Assembly: GCA_019241495.1 (NCBI GenBank)
Contig: JAFAWZ010000273.1
Coordinates: 1-60,885, forward strand
DNA length: 60,885 nt
From: Acidimicrobiales bacterium
GTDB taxonomy: Bacteria; Actinomycetota; Acidimicrobiia; Acidimicrobiales; Palsa-688
Reading direction: 5' to 3'
A program made the translations under genes and the position numbers. Below the pieces are notes generated by a model that had not been told where the DNA came from, made no database searches, and saw only the letters and a list, made by a program, of their open reading frames with translations. Shown piece by piece: positions 41,895 through 49,557 of the stretch. The stretch's first letter is position 1. Each line of letters begins with the position of its first letter.

Positions 41895-43859
41895 TTGGAT
41901 TCACAGACGGGACGCGGGCCTACCCGGGCGGGACCGCGAAACCGGCCAAGAGCCGGGGCCGACACTGTCTTGTCGCCATCTGGGCCGGCACAGGCTGACC
42001 CGGCCGGGCGTTTGTTGGGTGACTTCAGCTTGGACCGGCGGGCCTGGCGCGTCGTGGTGCTGTCATTGGTGGTCGGGGCCACATCCGCCGTGGTGGCCTT
42101 GGGCCTGCTCGATCTGATCGGCCTGTTCACCCATCTCTTCTACTACGGCCGTCCCGGGGTCGGGTTGGTACAGCCGAGCCTCCATGGTCTCGGGGCGGTC
42201 AGCGTGCTCATCCCGATCGCAGGTGGCCTGGCCATCGGGGCGATGGCGTACTGGGGATCGGAGCGCATCCGCGGGCATGGCATTCCTGAAGCGATGGAGA
42301 CCATCCTCGTGGGGGGAAGCAAGGTCGAGCCCCGGCTGGCGGTGCTAAAACCAATCTCGAGCGCCGTCAGCATCGGAACGGGCGGGCCGTTCGGGGCGGA
42401 AGGGCCGATCATCCTGACCGGGGGGGCATTGGGTTCGGTGATCGCCCAGTTCTTCCATCTCTCCGCCAGCGAGCGGCGTACCCTGCTCGTCGCTGGTGCG
42501 TGCGGCGGCATGGCGGCCGTCTTCGGCACTCCCGTAGCCGCCACCCTGTTTGGGGTCGAGCTGCTGGTCTTCGAGTGGAAGCCACGCTCCATGGTTCCCA
42601 TCGCCGCGGCGTGCGCCGTCGCTGAGGTCGTCCGCAATAGCCTGGCTGCTCATCATCTGATCGTTGCCGCACCCTTGTTCCCAGTTGCTGCCCATGGGCC
42701 GTTCTCCAGCGTGGCGGTGGCCGCGGCCGCTGCTGTGGGCCTGGCCGGCGGCTGCCTCGCATGGGCCCTAACCGCAGCCGTCTACGGAGCTGAGGATGGG
42801 TTCAAGAAGCTTCCGATCCACTGGGCTTGGTGGCCAGCCATGGGTGGGGCGATCATCGGGGTAGGTGGTCTCGTCGACCCGAGGGCGCTCGGCGTCGGCT
42901 ACGTCAGCATCAACGCCGAGCTCGGGGGCCGTATCGCGGTCGGCGGGCTGGCCACTCTCCTAGTCGTCAAGCTGGTCATCTGGTCGATCGGCCTGGGCTC
43001 GGGCACCAGCGGGGGGATACTCGCCCCCCTGCTGATCATGGGAGCCGCCATGGGCGGCCTCATGGCTCCCGTGCTGCCCGGAGGAAGCTCGGCCATGTGG
43101 GCCCTCCTGGGCATGGCCGCCACCCTCGCCGGCGTCACCCGATCGCCTCTGACCTCCATCGTCTTCGCCTTCGAGCTCACCCACGACACTGGATCTCTGC
43201 TCCCCCTGCTGGTGGCCTGTGCCACGGCTCACCTCCTCAGCACCACTGTGCTGAGACGATCCATCCTCACCGAAAAGGTCGCGCGGCGGGGCTTCCACGT
43301 CGTGCGCGAATACCAAGTCGAGCCGCTCGAGGCTCTCTTCGTTCGTGATGCGATGCTCACCGATCTGGTGAGCGCCTCACCAGATACGCCCGCAGCCGAT
43401 CTCCGTGCTCGCCACGGTTCCGACCCTATGGCGAGACGGCAGCGACTCTATCCCATCGTGAACGCCGACGACACCCTCCTCGGAGTGGTGACCCCGTCCG
43501 ATCTTCTGCACCCCGACAGTCCTCTGCCTCCGGCCGCGACGGCCAGCATGATCACTCGGAAAGACGTGGTCGTCGCTCATCCCGACGAAACGCTGCGGAC
43601 CGTCGCCGACCGTATGGCCGAACACTGGCTGGGTGCACTGCCCGTCGTCGAAAACGATCCCGATGGTCGCCTCGTGGGGGTAATCACTGAATTCGACCTA
43701 CTGAAGGCCCGTCACCGCCAGCTCGTCGAAGAACGCCACCGCGAACGCGTCCTGCGCATCCGCCACCCCACCCCCCTGCCCACACCTGCTCCGATGTTCC
43801 CCGAAGATGGCATCGACTCTGACAGCGGCTGTCAGGCGGGCACCTTGAACCATCCCTGA
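41895..43859 (+). CDS. ClC-family voltage-gated chloride channel/antiporter with a C-terminal CBS pair
   Basis: GSERIRGHGIPE, GTGGPFGAEGP and GSGTSGGILAP selectivity motifs. CBS-like C-terminus. TTG start behind GAAGGGAAGAG. Confidence 0.85.
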   Translation: MDSQTGRGPTRAGPRNRPRAGADTVLSPSGPAQADPAGRLLGDFSLDRRAWRVVVLSLVVGATSAVVALGLLDLIGLFTHLFYYGRPGVGLVQPSLHGLGAVSVLIPIAGGLAIGAMAYWGSERIRGHGIPEAMETILVGGSKVEPRLAVLKPISSAVSIGTGGPFGAEGPIILTGGALGSVIAQFFHLSASERRTLLVAGACGGMAAVFGTPVAATLFGVELLVFEWKPRSMVPIAAACAVAEVVRNSLAAHHLIVAAPLFPVAAHGPFSSVAVAAAAAVGLAGGCLAWALTAAVYGAEDGFKKLPIHWAWWPAMGGAIIGVGGLVDPRALGVGYVSINAELGGRIAVGGLATLLVVKLVIWSIGLGSGTSGGILAPLLIMGAAMGGLMAPVLPGGSSAMWALLGMAATLAGVTRSPLTSIVFAFELTHDTGSLLPLLVACATAHLLSTTVLRRSILTEKVARRGFHVVREYQVEPLEALFVRDAMLTDLVSASPDTPAADLRARHGSDPMARRQRLYPIVNADDTLLGVVTPSDLLHPDSPLPPAATASMITRKDVVVAHPDETLRTVADRMAEHWLGALPVVENDPDGRLVGVITEFDLLKARHRQLVEERHRERVLRIRHPTPLPTPAPMFPEDGIDSDSGCQAGTLNHP

Positions 43860-43878
43860 CCACGAAAAAGGCACCACT

Positions 43879-44310
43879 ATGACCGTTACGACCCAGACCG
43901 GCACCAGAGGTGGACCCGTCACCGACGCCGAATACCGCGCCCTAGCGCAGTTCCGCCGGGCCTTGCGCTCCTTCCTACACTTCTCTGAAGAAGCCGCCAA
44001 GGCTGCCGGGCTAACACCATCTCAGCATCAACTTCTCCTCGCCATCCGCGGGGCGACCAACGACCAGCTCCCCACTATCGGCGAGGTCGCCGACTGGTTG
44101 AAACTCCGCCATCACTCCACTGTCGAGCTCATCGACAGGGCCGAAGCGGCGGGTCTCTTGAGACGAGTCGCCGACCCCGATGACCACCGTCGTCAGCGCC
44201 TGGCACTGACCGAAGCGGCCACATCCCGCCTCGATGCGCTGTCCACCCTTCACCGCGAAGAGCTCCGTCGCTTTCGCGAAGAGGGCTTCGCTCACCTGCG
44301 GGGTCTGTAG
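43879..44310 (+). CDS. MarR family transcriptional regulator
   Basis: Winged-helix region LTPSQHQLLLAI...IGEVADWLKLRHHSTVELIDRAEAAGLLRRVADPDDHRRQRLALT. Confidence 0.8.
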   Translation: MTVTTQTGTRGGPVTDAEYRALAQFRRALRSFLHFSEEAAKAAGLTPSQHQLLLAIRGATNDQLPTIGEVADWLKLRHHSTVELIDRAEAAGLLRRVADPDDHRRQRLALTEAATSRLDALSTLHREELRRFREEGFAHLRGL

Positions 44311-44369
44311 CGACATGCGTCCATGTGCAGTCAGCGGTCTCGGGTCACGGCCGATCGATTCCGCTGGCC

Positions 44370-44735
44370 TCAACGAGTCTGACTGGCCCCGGTCACGCGC
44401 TCGAGAAGACCTTCGATAACAGGATCTGCGACCCGGTAGCGTACGATCCGTCCCTCTCGTTCCGTGCAGACGGCCTGGCCGGCACGCAAGTGACGGAGCG
44501 CTTGGGAGGCGGTGTCATCGTTCAGATCGGCGGCGACGGCGAGATCGGAGACGCTGATCGGTCCGGCCGCCTTGATACAAAGAAGCACCTTCAGTCGGGT
44601 CGGGTCAGCGAGCATCGAGAAGCGGCTCGACCATTGGTGGATGGAGGGCTGATCCTGGAGGGCCGCGATGGCTACGCAGGCCCGTTCGCCGTCGATGATC
44701 CTTCGATGTGCTCGCTCGGACGGGACCAGGTGCAT
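44370..44735 (-). CDS. ArsR/SmtB family metalloregulator
   Basis: FSMLADPTRLKVLLCI...ISVSDLA...SQALRHLRAGQAV.EREGRIVRYRV. Confidence 0.8.
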   Translation of the reverse strand: MHLVPSERAHRRIIDGERACVAIAALQDQPSIHQWSSRFSMLADPTRLKVLLCIKAAGPISVSDLAVAADLNDDTASQALRHLRAGQAVCTEREGRIVRYRVADPVIEGLLERVTGASQTR

Positions 44736-44769
44736 GCTTCAGTATCCCAGACAGCGGCCACCGACCTGA

Positions 44770-44787
44770 CCTGATCGTCTGATCAGG
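44770..44787. promoter_or_regulatory. Inverted repeat CCTGATC-N4-GATCAGG abutting the -35 element; candidate ArsR-family operator
   Basis: Perfect 7-bp arms read directly, in the ArsR/NiCoT divergent region. Confidence 0.35.
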
Positions 44788-44788
44788 C

Positions 44789-44817
44789 TTGACATCCTCG
44801 CCGCGGGTCGGTACGGT
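44789..44817 (+). promoter_or_regulatory. Candidate sigma-70-type promoter TTGACA-N17-TACGGT driving the riboswitch and NiCoT
   Basis: -35 at 44789-44794 and -10 at 44812-44817, with a 17-nt spacer counted directly. Confidence 0.45.
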
Positions 44818-45010
44818 CAGGCCGCTCCGAAAGTCCGGGGTGGCATCACGACAGCGAAGTCCGGTGAGATCCCGGCACTGTCCCGCAATGGTAAGGCCCT
44901 TAGGGGACGAGTCCAGACGCCTCGGTGATGTCGACGTGACCGGTCCCTCGGTGAAAGGGCGGTGCGTTTCGACGCCCCCGGGTCGTCGGGCCACTTCACC
45001 CCTTCGAGGC
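44818..45010 (+). promoter_or_regulatory. Cobalamin (B12) riboswitch in the 5' leader of the NiCoT gene
   Basis: Conserved core GAAGTCCGGTGAGATCCCGGCACTGTCCCGCAATGGTAAG (44856-44895) and B12-box-like GAGTCCAGACGCC (44909-44921). Followed by a structured expression platform up to the GAAGGAGAG RBS. Confidence 0.8.
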
Positions 45011-45024
45011 CAGAAGGAGAGTGG

Positions 45025-46119
45025 ATGACCGAGACATCTGAGGGTGCGGTCCGGTGGCGAGATCCGATGCGAGCGGCCTTGGGCCTCAGCCGAGCCGAAC
45101 AAGGCCGGCTCGGCCTGATGGCTCTGGCGGTCCTCGTCGTGAACCTGGCCGGCTGGGCCATCTTCATCTTCGCCATCGCGCCTCACCACTTCCGCTACAA
45201 GGGTCTCGGCATCGGGTTGGGGGTCGCGCTGACCGCTTGGACGCTCGGCGCCCGCCACGGGTTCGACGCTGACCACATCTCGGCCATCGACAACACCACC
45301 CGCAAGCTGATGGCCGACGGGGGACGGCCCCTCGGAACGGGGTTCTTCTTCGCCCTCGGCCACTCTTCGATCATCGTGGTCGTCGGCGCCGGGCTCTGCG
45401 TGGCGGCCCGGACCGTATTCGGCGCGGTCGTCGACCCAACCTCCGGGTTCGAGAGCACCGGTGGGATCATCGGCACCTCTCTGGCGGCAGGATTCTTGTA
45501 TCTGATCGCCGCGCTCAATCTGATCGTGTTAGCCGGCATCGTAAAGGTCTTCCGGCAGATGCGACAGGGCCGTTTCGATGAGGAGGAGCTTGAGCGCCAG
45601 CTCCAAGCTCGCGGCCTCATGTACCGATTCTTCGGACGTTTCATGAGATCGATCACCAAGACCTGGCACATGTACTTCGTGGGGGCCGTGTTCGGGATCG
45701 GCTTCGACACTGCCACCGAAGTTCTGCTGTTGGCGGCTACTGCCACCGCGGCCACCCAGGGGTTGCCCTGGTATGCAGTCCTCTCTCTTCCCCTGCTCTT
45801 CGCCGGCGGTCTCACCATCTTCGACACTCTCGACGGGTTCTTCATGAACTTCGCCTACGGCTGGGCGTTCGCTCGGCCGGTTCGCAAGGTGTACTACAAC
45901 CTCGTCATCACCGGGCTGTCCATCGCCGTCGCCCTCCTGATCGGCACCATCGAGGTAGCAGGCGTCATATCGGACAAGCTCAACTTCCACGGCGGTGTGT
46001 GGGACGTCATGGCCAACTTCAACATCAACCAAGCCGGCTACGTCGTCGTCGGCCTGTTCATCGTCGTTTGGCTCGTTGCCATCACCTACTGGAGAATCGC
46101 TCGAGTCGAGACTCGATAG
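45025..46119 (+). CDS. NiCoT (HoxN/HupN/NixA) family nickel/cobalt transporter, probably a cobalt importer
   Basis: Signature RHGFDADHISAIDNTTR and FFFALGHSSIIVVV. ATG 45025 behind GAAGGAGAG. Confidence 0.85.
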   Translation: MTETSEGAVRWRDPMRAALGLSRAEQGRLGLMALAVLVVNLAGWAIFIFAIAPHHFRYKGLGIGLGVALTAWTLGARHGFDADHISAIDNTTRKLMADGGRPLGTGFFFALGHSSIIVVVGAGLCVAARTVFGAVVDPTSGFESTGGIIGTSLAAGFLYLIAALNLIVLAGIVKVFRQMRQGRFDEEELERQLQARGLMYRFFGRFMRSITKTWHMYFVGAVFGIGFDTATEVLLLAATATAATQGLPWYAVLSLPLLFAGGLTIFDTLDGFFMNFAYGWAFARPVRKVYYNLVITGLSIAVALLIGTIEVAGVISDKLNFHGGVWDVMANFNINQAGYVVVGLFIVVWLVAITYWRIARVETR

Positions 46120-46235
46120 GCCATGGCCACCGCCAACCACAGCGATCCGAGAGGCAGAAATCCGAGGGACGTCGCTGAGTGACAGATAGGCGTCCGTGGC
46201 GAGCCTTTCTCCTGGCATCGCCGGGCTGGGGCCGG

Positions 46236-46784
46236 TCAGCGCCGGGCCAGCAGCCAGGCTCGCCCCGTCCCCTCCCCGCCGGCGACAACTGACAGAGCGG
46301 GGAACGCGGCCGCCAGCTCGCCGGCCGCTACCCTGAACCGGCCTGGCCCGGAGCCCACCTCGCTAAGGGCAGCTACGGCCAAGAGCCCACCTACTACGAG
46401 ACGGTCGACTATCGACTGGTCCAGGCGGGCGTCTCTGAACATGTGGCATATGACTACGTCGGCGGGCGGCCCTGGAGGCAGCCCAGAATCGAGATCAGCG
46501 ACCTCGAAACGGCAGCGACCGCCGACGCCTCTCGAGGTGGCCAGGTCGCGAGCCCGCCTGAGTGCCACCGCTGAGATGTCCACGCCGAGGACATCCAGCC
46601 CTCGCGCTGCCAGCCAGACTGAGGTCTGGCCTCGACCGCATGCCAGCTCGAGCGCGTTCCCACTGGTCGGAAAGAGCTCCACAAAGGGCGCGAACAGAGC
46701 GGGGAGCCCGAGCATCTCCTCGCCGGCCTCGACATCGTCGGCGCGGTACCTGGCGTCCCACCACAGCCGGTCGGTCTCGGTCAC
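46236..46784 (-). CDS. class I SAM-dependent methyltransferase
   Basis: Motif I ALELACGRGQTSVWLAARG and post-I LGVDIS. Confidence 0.75.
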   Translation of the reverse strand: MTETDRLWWDARYRADDVEAGEEMLGLPALFAPFVELFPTSGNALELACGRGQTSVWLAARGLDVLGVDISAVALRRARDLATSRGVGGRCRFEVADLDSGLPPGPPADVVICHMFRDARLDQSIVDRLVVGGLLAVAALSEVGSGPGRFRVAAGELAAAFPALSVVAGGEGTGRAWLLARR

Positions 46785-46872
46785 CCATCCACTATGCCCA
46801 CTGCCGGCACCGCCACAAAGAACCGTTCCACGGCCGCAGACCGAAGAGGAACCTAGGTCCCAGCGGTACCCT

Positions 46873-47643
46873 CTACCGTCGCGGTTGGCCAGTCGGCGGG
46901 CCGACAGACCTGTCGCCCGCCGCGATCATGCGCTCGAGGACGGCAACGAGCTCGTCGGGCCGGGACAACAGAGGGGTGTGGTCGCCGGGAAGCTCCACCG
47001 GCTCCGCACCGAGCCGGGCGCTGGCCGCAGCGCGCGACCACGAGGGTGACAGCGCCCGGTCGTCTCGCCCGATGACCGAAGCAGCCGGGATCGCCGGCCA
47101 CCCGTCGGCCGGGAACCGGTCGCTCACCGCGTTGACCCCGCCGCGGGGCGGGACTCCGTCTTCCCGGATATGGGCGAGCGCCCAGGCTCGCACCGAAGGA
47201 TCGGCGTCTGGGAACAGATCATCGGCCATGCGGTCGAGCACCGCCGCCGGTATGCCGTCAGCGCCCTCCTCGAGTAGCTCCCGGCGCCCCGATCCGTCCC
47301 ACATCGGGATCATCGTGGGGTCGGCGGCGATCAGATCGGCGCAGCTGAGTCCCGGAACTGGGACGACCCCGCATACCCAGATCATGGCGCGCGCCCCGAG
47401 CCGTCCCGCGACGAGAGGTACCACTGCGCACCCAAGGGCGTGGCCGACGACGACCGGGCCATCAGAGTCCAGGCTCGTCGCGGCCTGCTCGGCCGCGCTG
47501 GACGCGATTGCCTCGAGACCCTCCGAGTCGAGCGGCAAGGAAACGGCCACCGTGCGGTGCCCGAGACGCTCCAGGCCGGGGCGGACCAGGTCCCATGACC
47601 AGGGCCCGAACCCGCCGCCATGGAGCAGGACGACGTCAGCCAC
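46873..47643 (-). CDS. alpha/beta hydrolase
   Basis: VVLLHGGGFGPWSW N-terminus and nucleophile elbow-like VVGHALG. Confidence 0.8.
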   Translation of the reverse strand: MADVVLLHGGGFGPWSWDLVRPGLERLGHRTVAVSLPLDSEGLEAIASSAAEQAATSLDSDGPVVVGHALGCAVVPLVAGRLGARAMIWVCGVVPVPGLSCADLIAADPTMIPMWDGSGRRELLEEGADGIPAAVLDRMADDLFPDADPSVRAWALAHIREDGVPPRGGVNAVSDRFPADGWPAIPAASVIGRDDRALSPSWSRAAASARLGAEPVELPGDHTPLLSRPDELVAVLERMIAAGDRSVGPPTGQPRR

Positions 47644-47674
47644 GCGCCCATGTTGTCACACGTGCGCTCGACGG

Positions 47675-48073
47675 TCAGGCCTGCGCGATGCGCACGAGGT
47701 TGCCCGAGGGGTCCCGGAAAGCGCAGTCCCGGGCGCCCCACGGTTGAGAGGTCGGCTCCTGGAGCACCTCGGCACCCGACGCCCGGACTTTCTCGAAGGT
47801 GGCGTCGAGATCCTCGGTGCGGAAGATGGCCGCCTGCAGTGACCCCTTCGTCACAAGCGACAGCAAGGCGTCGCCCTCAGTCTGAGAGAGGCCGCCGTGC
47901 GGTTGGAACAAGACGATGTCGACCTTCTGACCGGGGGCGGCGACAGTCACCCAGCGGAAGCCTCCGGAGGCAACATCGTTGCGGACCTCCAGGCCGAGCG
48001 CGTCACGGTAGAAGCCCAGCGCGGCATCGGGGTCGTGGACGGGAATGAACATGGCCGAAACGGTGACTGTCAT
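47675..48073 (-). CDS. VOC (glyoxalase/bleomycin resistance) family protein
   Basis: FIPVHDPDAALGFYRDALGLEV...FRDPSGNLVRI. Confidence 0.8.
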   Translation of the reverse strand: MTVTVSAMFIPVHDPDAALGFYRDALGLEVRNDVASGGFRWVTVAAPGQKVDIVLFQPHGGLSQTEGDALLSLVTKGSLQAAIFRTEDLDATFEKVRASGAEVLQEPTSQPWGARDCAFRDPSGNLVRIAQA

Positions 48074-48157
48074 AAGAAGGATCGTACGAGTGCCAACTCG
48101 CCACTGCTTCTTCGATCCTGCTCGACAACGGGCCCGATTTGCTCGCAGGTTCGGGCC

Positions 48158-48568
48158 TCAAACCGGGATCGCCATCCGCCGCGGCCGAGTCAAGATCATG
48201 CTCACGCACGAAGGGATTGCCTCCCAGTCGCTGTGATCGCGAGCACGGTACTGCGATGGCGTCTCGCCGACGATCTCGGTGAAACGTGAGCTGAACGAGC
48301 CGAGCGATGTGCAACCCACGGCAACACAAGCGTCGGTGACCGACATCCCTTTGCGCAGAAGAGCCTTGGCTCGCTCGATGCGTCGCGTCATGAGATAGGC
48401 ATAAGGTGTCTCTCCGTAAGCGGCGCGAAACTTGCGAGAGAAATGGGCCGGCGACATGAGCGCAGCACGCGCCATGACCGGGACATCGAGCGGCTCCGCG
48501 TAATCGCGGTCCATGAGGTCACGGGCCCGGCGCAGATGGACGAGGTCGGCCATCTCCTCCGGGGTCAT
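48158..48568 (-). CDS. AraC family transcriptional regulator (HTH domain only)
   Basis: SPAHFSRKFRAAYGETPYAYLMTRRIERAKALL...GCTSLGSFSSRF. ATG 48568 was chosen because the upstream extension is AT-rich. Confidence 0.75.
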   Translation of the reverse strand: MTPEEMADLVHLRRARDLMDRDYAEPLDVPVMARAALMSPAHFSRKFRAAYGETPYAYLMTRRIERAKALLRKGMSVTDACVAVGCTSLGSFSSRFTEIVGETPSQYRARDHSDWEAIPSCVSMILTRPRRMAIPV

Positions 48569-48739
48569 GCCGCCGATCGTAACCTCATTGAGTGACCGCC
48601 GCAGGATTGAGTAAACGAAGAGGAGGATGTCACTGGTGGTCGATGACAGAAGCGAAACGAAATAATCGCGCAAGACGCCGGCCTGGGTCGTGGTTCGCTA
48701 GCCTGAGATTCAGGAGACCACGTCTCGAGGAGGGGGACC

Positions 48740-49036
48740 ATGGACTACGTAATGTTGCTTCGCTGGAAGCCCGGCTTGACCCGACAGCAGCGCGACGGCG
48801 CCTTGATGAACCGGGCCGGTTGGAAATACCCGGCAGGCGTAGAGATCATCGCCGAGTACTGGCCGGCTGCCGAAGACCCCGCAGTGGTTTCGATCTTCCG
48901 GACCAACGATTTTGGTGCCCTGATGGAGATCGGAGTCACGTGGGGTGACGTCTTCGACATAACCACGCTCCCTGCGATCAGCGCCGAGGATGGTCTGAAG
49001 GTGGGCCCCGACGTGATGGGACGGCGGCAGTTCTGA
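48740..49036 (+). CDS. DUF3303-like small protein
   Basis: MDYVMLLRWKPG...EYWPAAEDPAVVSIFRTNDFGALMEI resembles DUF3303, from memory. Confidence 0.55.
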   Translation: MDYVMLLRWKPGLTRQQRDGALMNRAGWKYPAGVEIIAEYWPAAEDPAVVSIFRTNDFGALMEIGVTWGDVFDITTLPAISAEDGLKVGPDVMGRRQF

Positions 49037-49092
49037 CAGCCCGCTGACAGCGAGCAGCCAACCCCCACAACGCTTTTCAGAACGGGCAGACC

Positions 49093-49266
49093 ATGACCAA
49101 CTACACGGGCGCCTTCGGCGTCATGAAGCTGACGCTCGACCAGAACGGCTACAGCTGGGATTACGAGTCGGCTCCGGCTCCCAAGGATAGCAACGGCAAC
49201 CCGGCGTGGGCGTCATTCTCGGACACCGGCTCGAGCTCCCGCCACGGACCGTCTCAGGCCGGCTAA
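49093..49266 (+). pseudogene. 57-aa C-terminal remnant of a metallophosphoesterase-like protein
   Basis: Hand translation: MTNYTGAFGVMKLTLDQNGYSWDYESAP...FSDTGSSSRHG. It matches the conserved C-terminal YG.LKLTL....Y.W.F...F.D.GS block of secreted phosphoesterases, from memory. Confidence 0.45.
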
Positions 49267-49421
49267 CCCCGTCCGTAGTGTCGGACCAGCTCATTCGCGT
49301 ATCTGCCACCCAGCGTCTCACCGGACTCTCGTAGCCACGTCGAAAGGGCGATTCGACCGGTAGCTGGGGCTGTGGTGTCGGCCGGACCATCAGGTATGAG
49401 CGACGAATCCGCCCATGTCGT

Positions 49422-49464
49422 TTGTGACGCGAAAACCGCACTATTTGCGGATAACGCGTCACAA
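49422..49464. promoter_or_regulatory. 43-nt nested inverted repeat TTGTGACGCG-aaaa-CCGCA-ctatt-TGCGG-ataa-CGCGTCACAA
   Basis: Perfect 10-bp outer arms and 5-bp inner arms, read directly. It lies about 95 nt upstream of the FtsX-permease start. Confidence 0.5.
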
Positions 49465-49472
49465 GGGGCCCG

Positions 49473-49535
49473 CCAGCCGCCAGCCGCCAGGTGCCAGCCA
49501 CCGGGTGCCGGGTGCCGGGTGCCGGGTGCCGGGTG
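49473..49535. repeat. Heptanucleotide microsatellite, 9 units: CCAGCCG x2, CCAGGTG, CCAGCCA, then CCGGGTG x5
   Basis: Counted directly. It ends 22 nt before the permease GTG start. Confidence 0.9.
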
Positions 49536-49557
49536 ACGAGCGGTAAGAATCAGCAGA

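Noticed and set aside
49396-49536. 46-codon ORF (MSDESAHVVCDAKTALFADNASQG...) running through the dyad and the heptamer repeats
   Set aside because: It has no RBS. Its C-terminal half is just the translated microsatellite, and its reading frame would change with repeat number. It is treated as non-coding leader.
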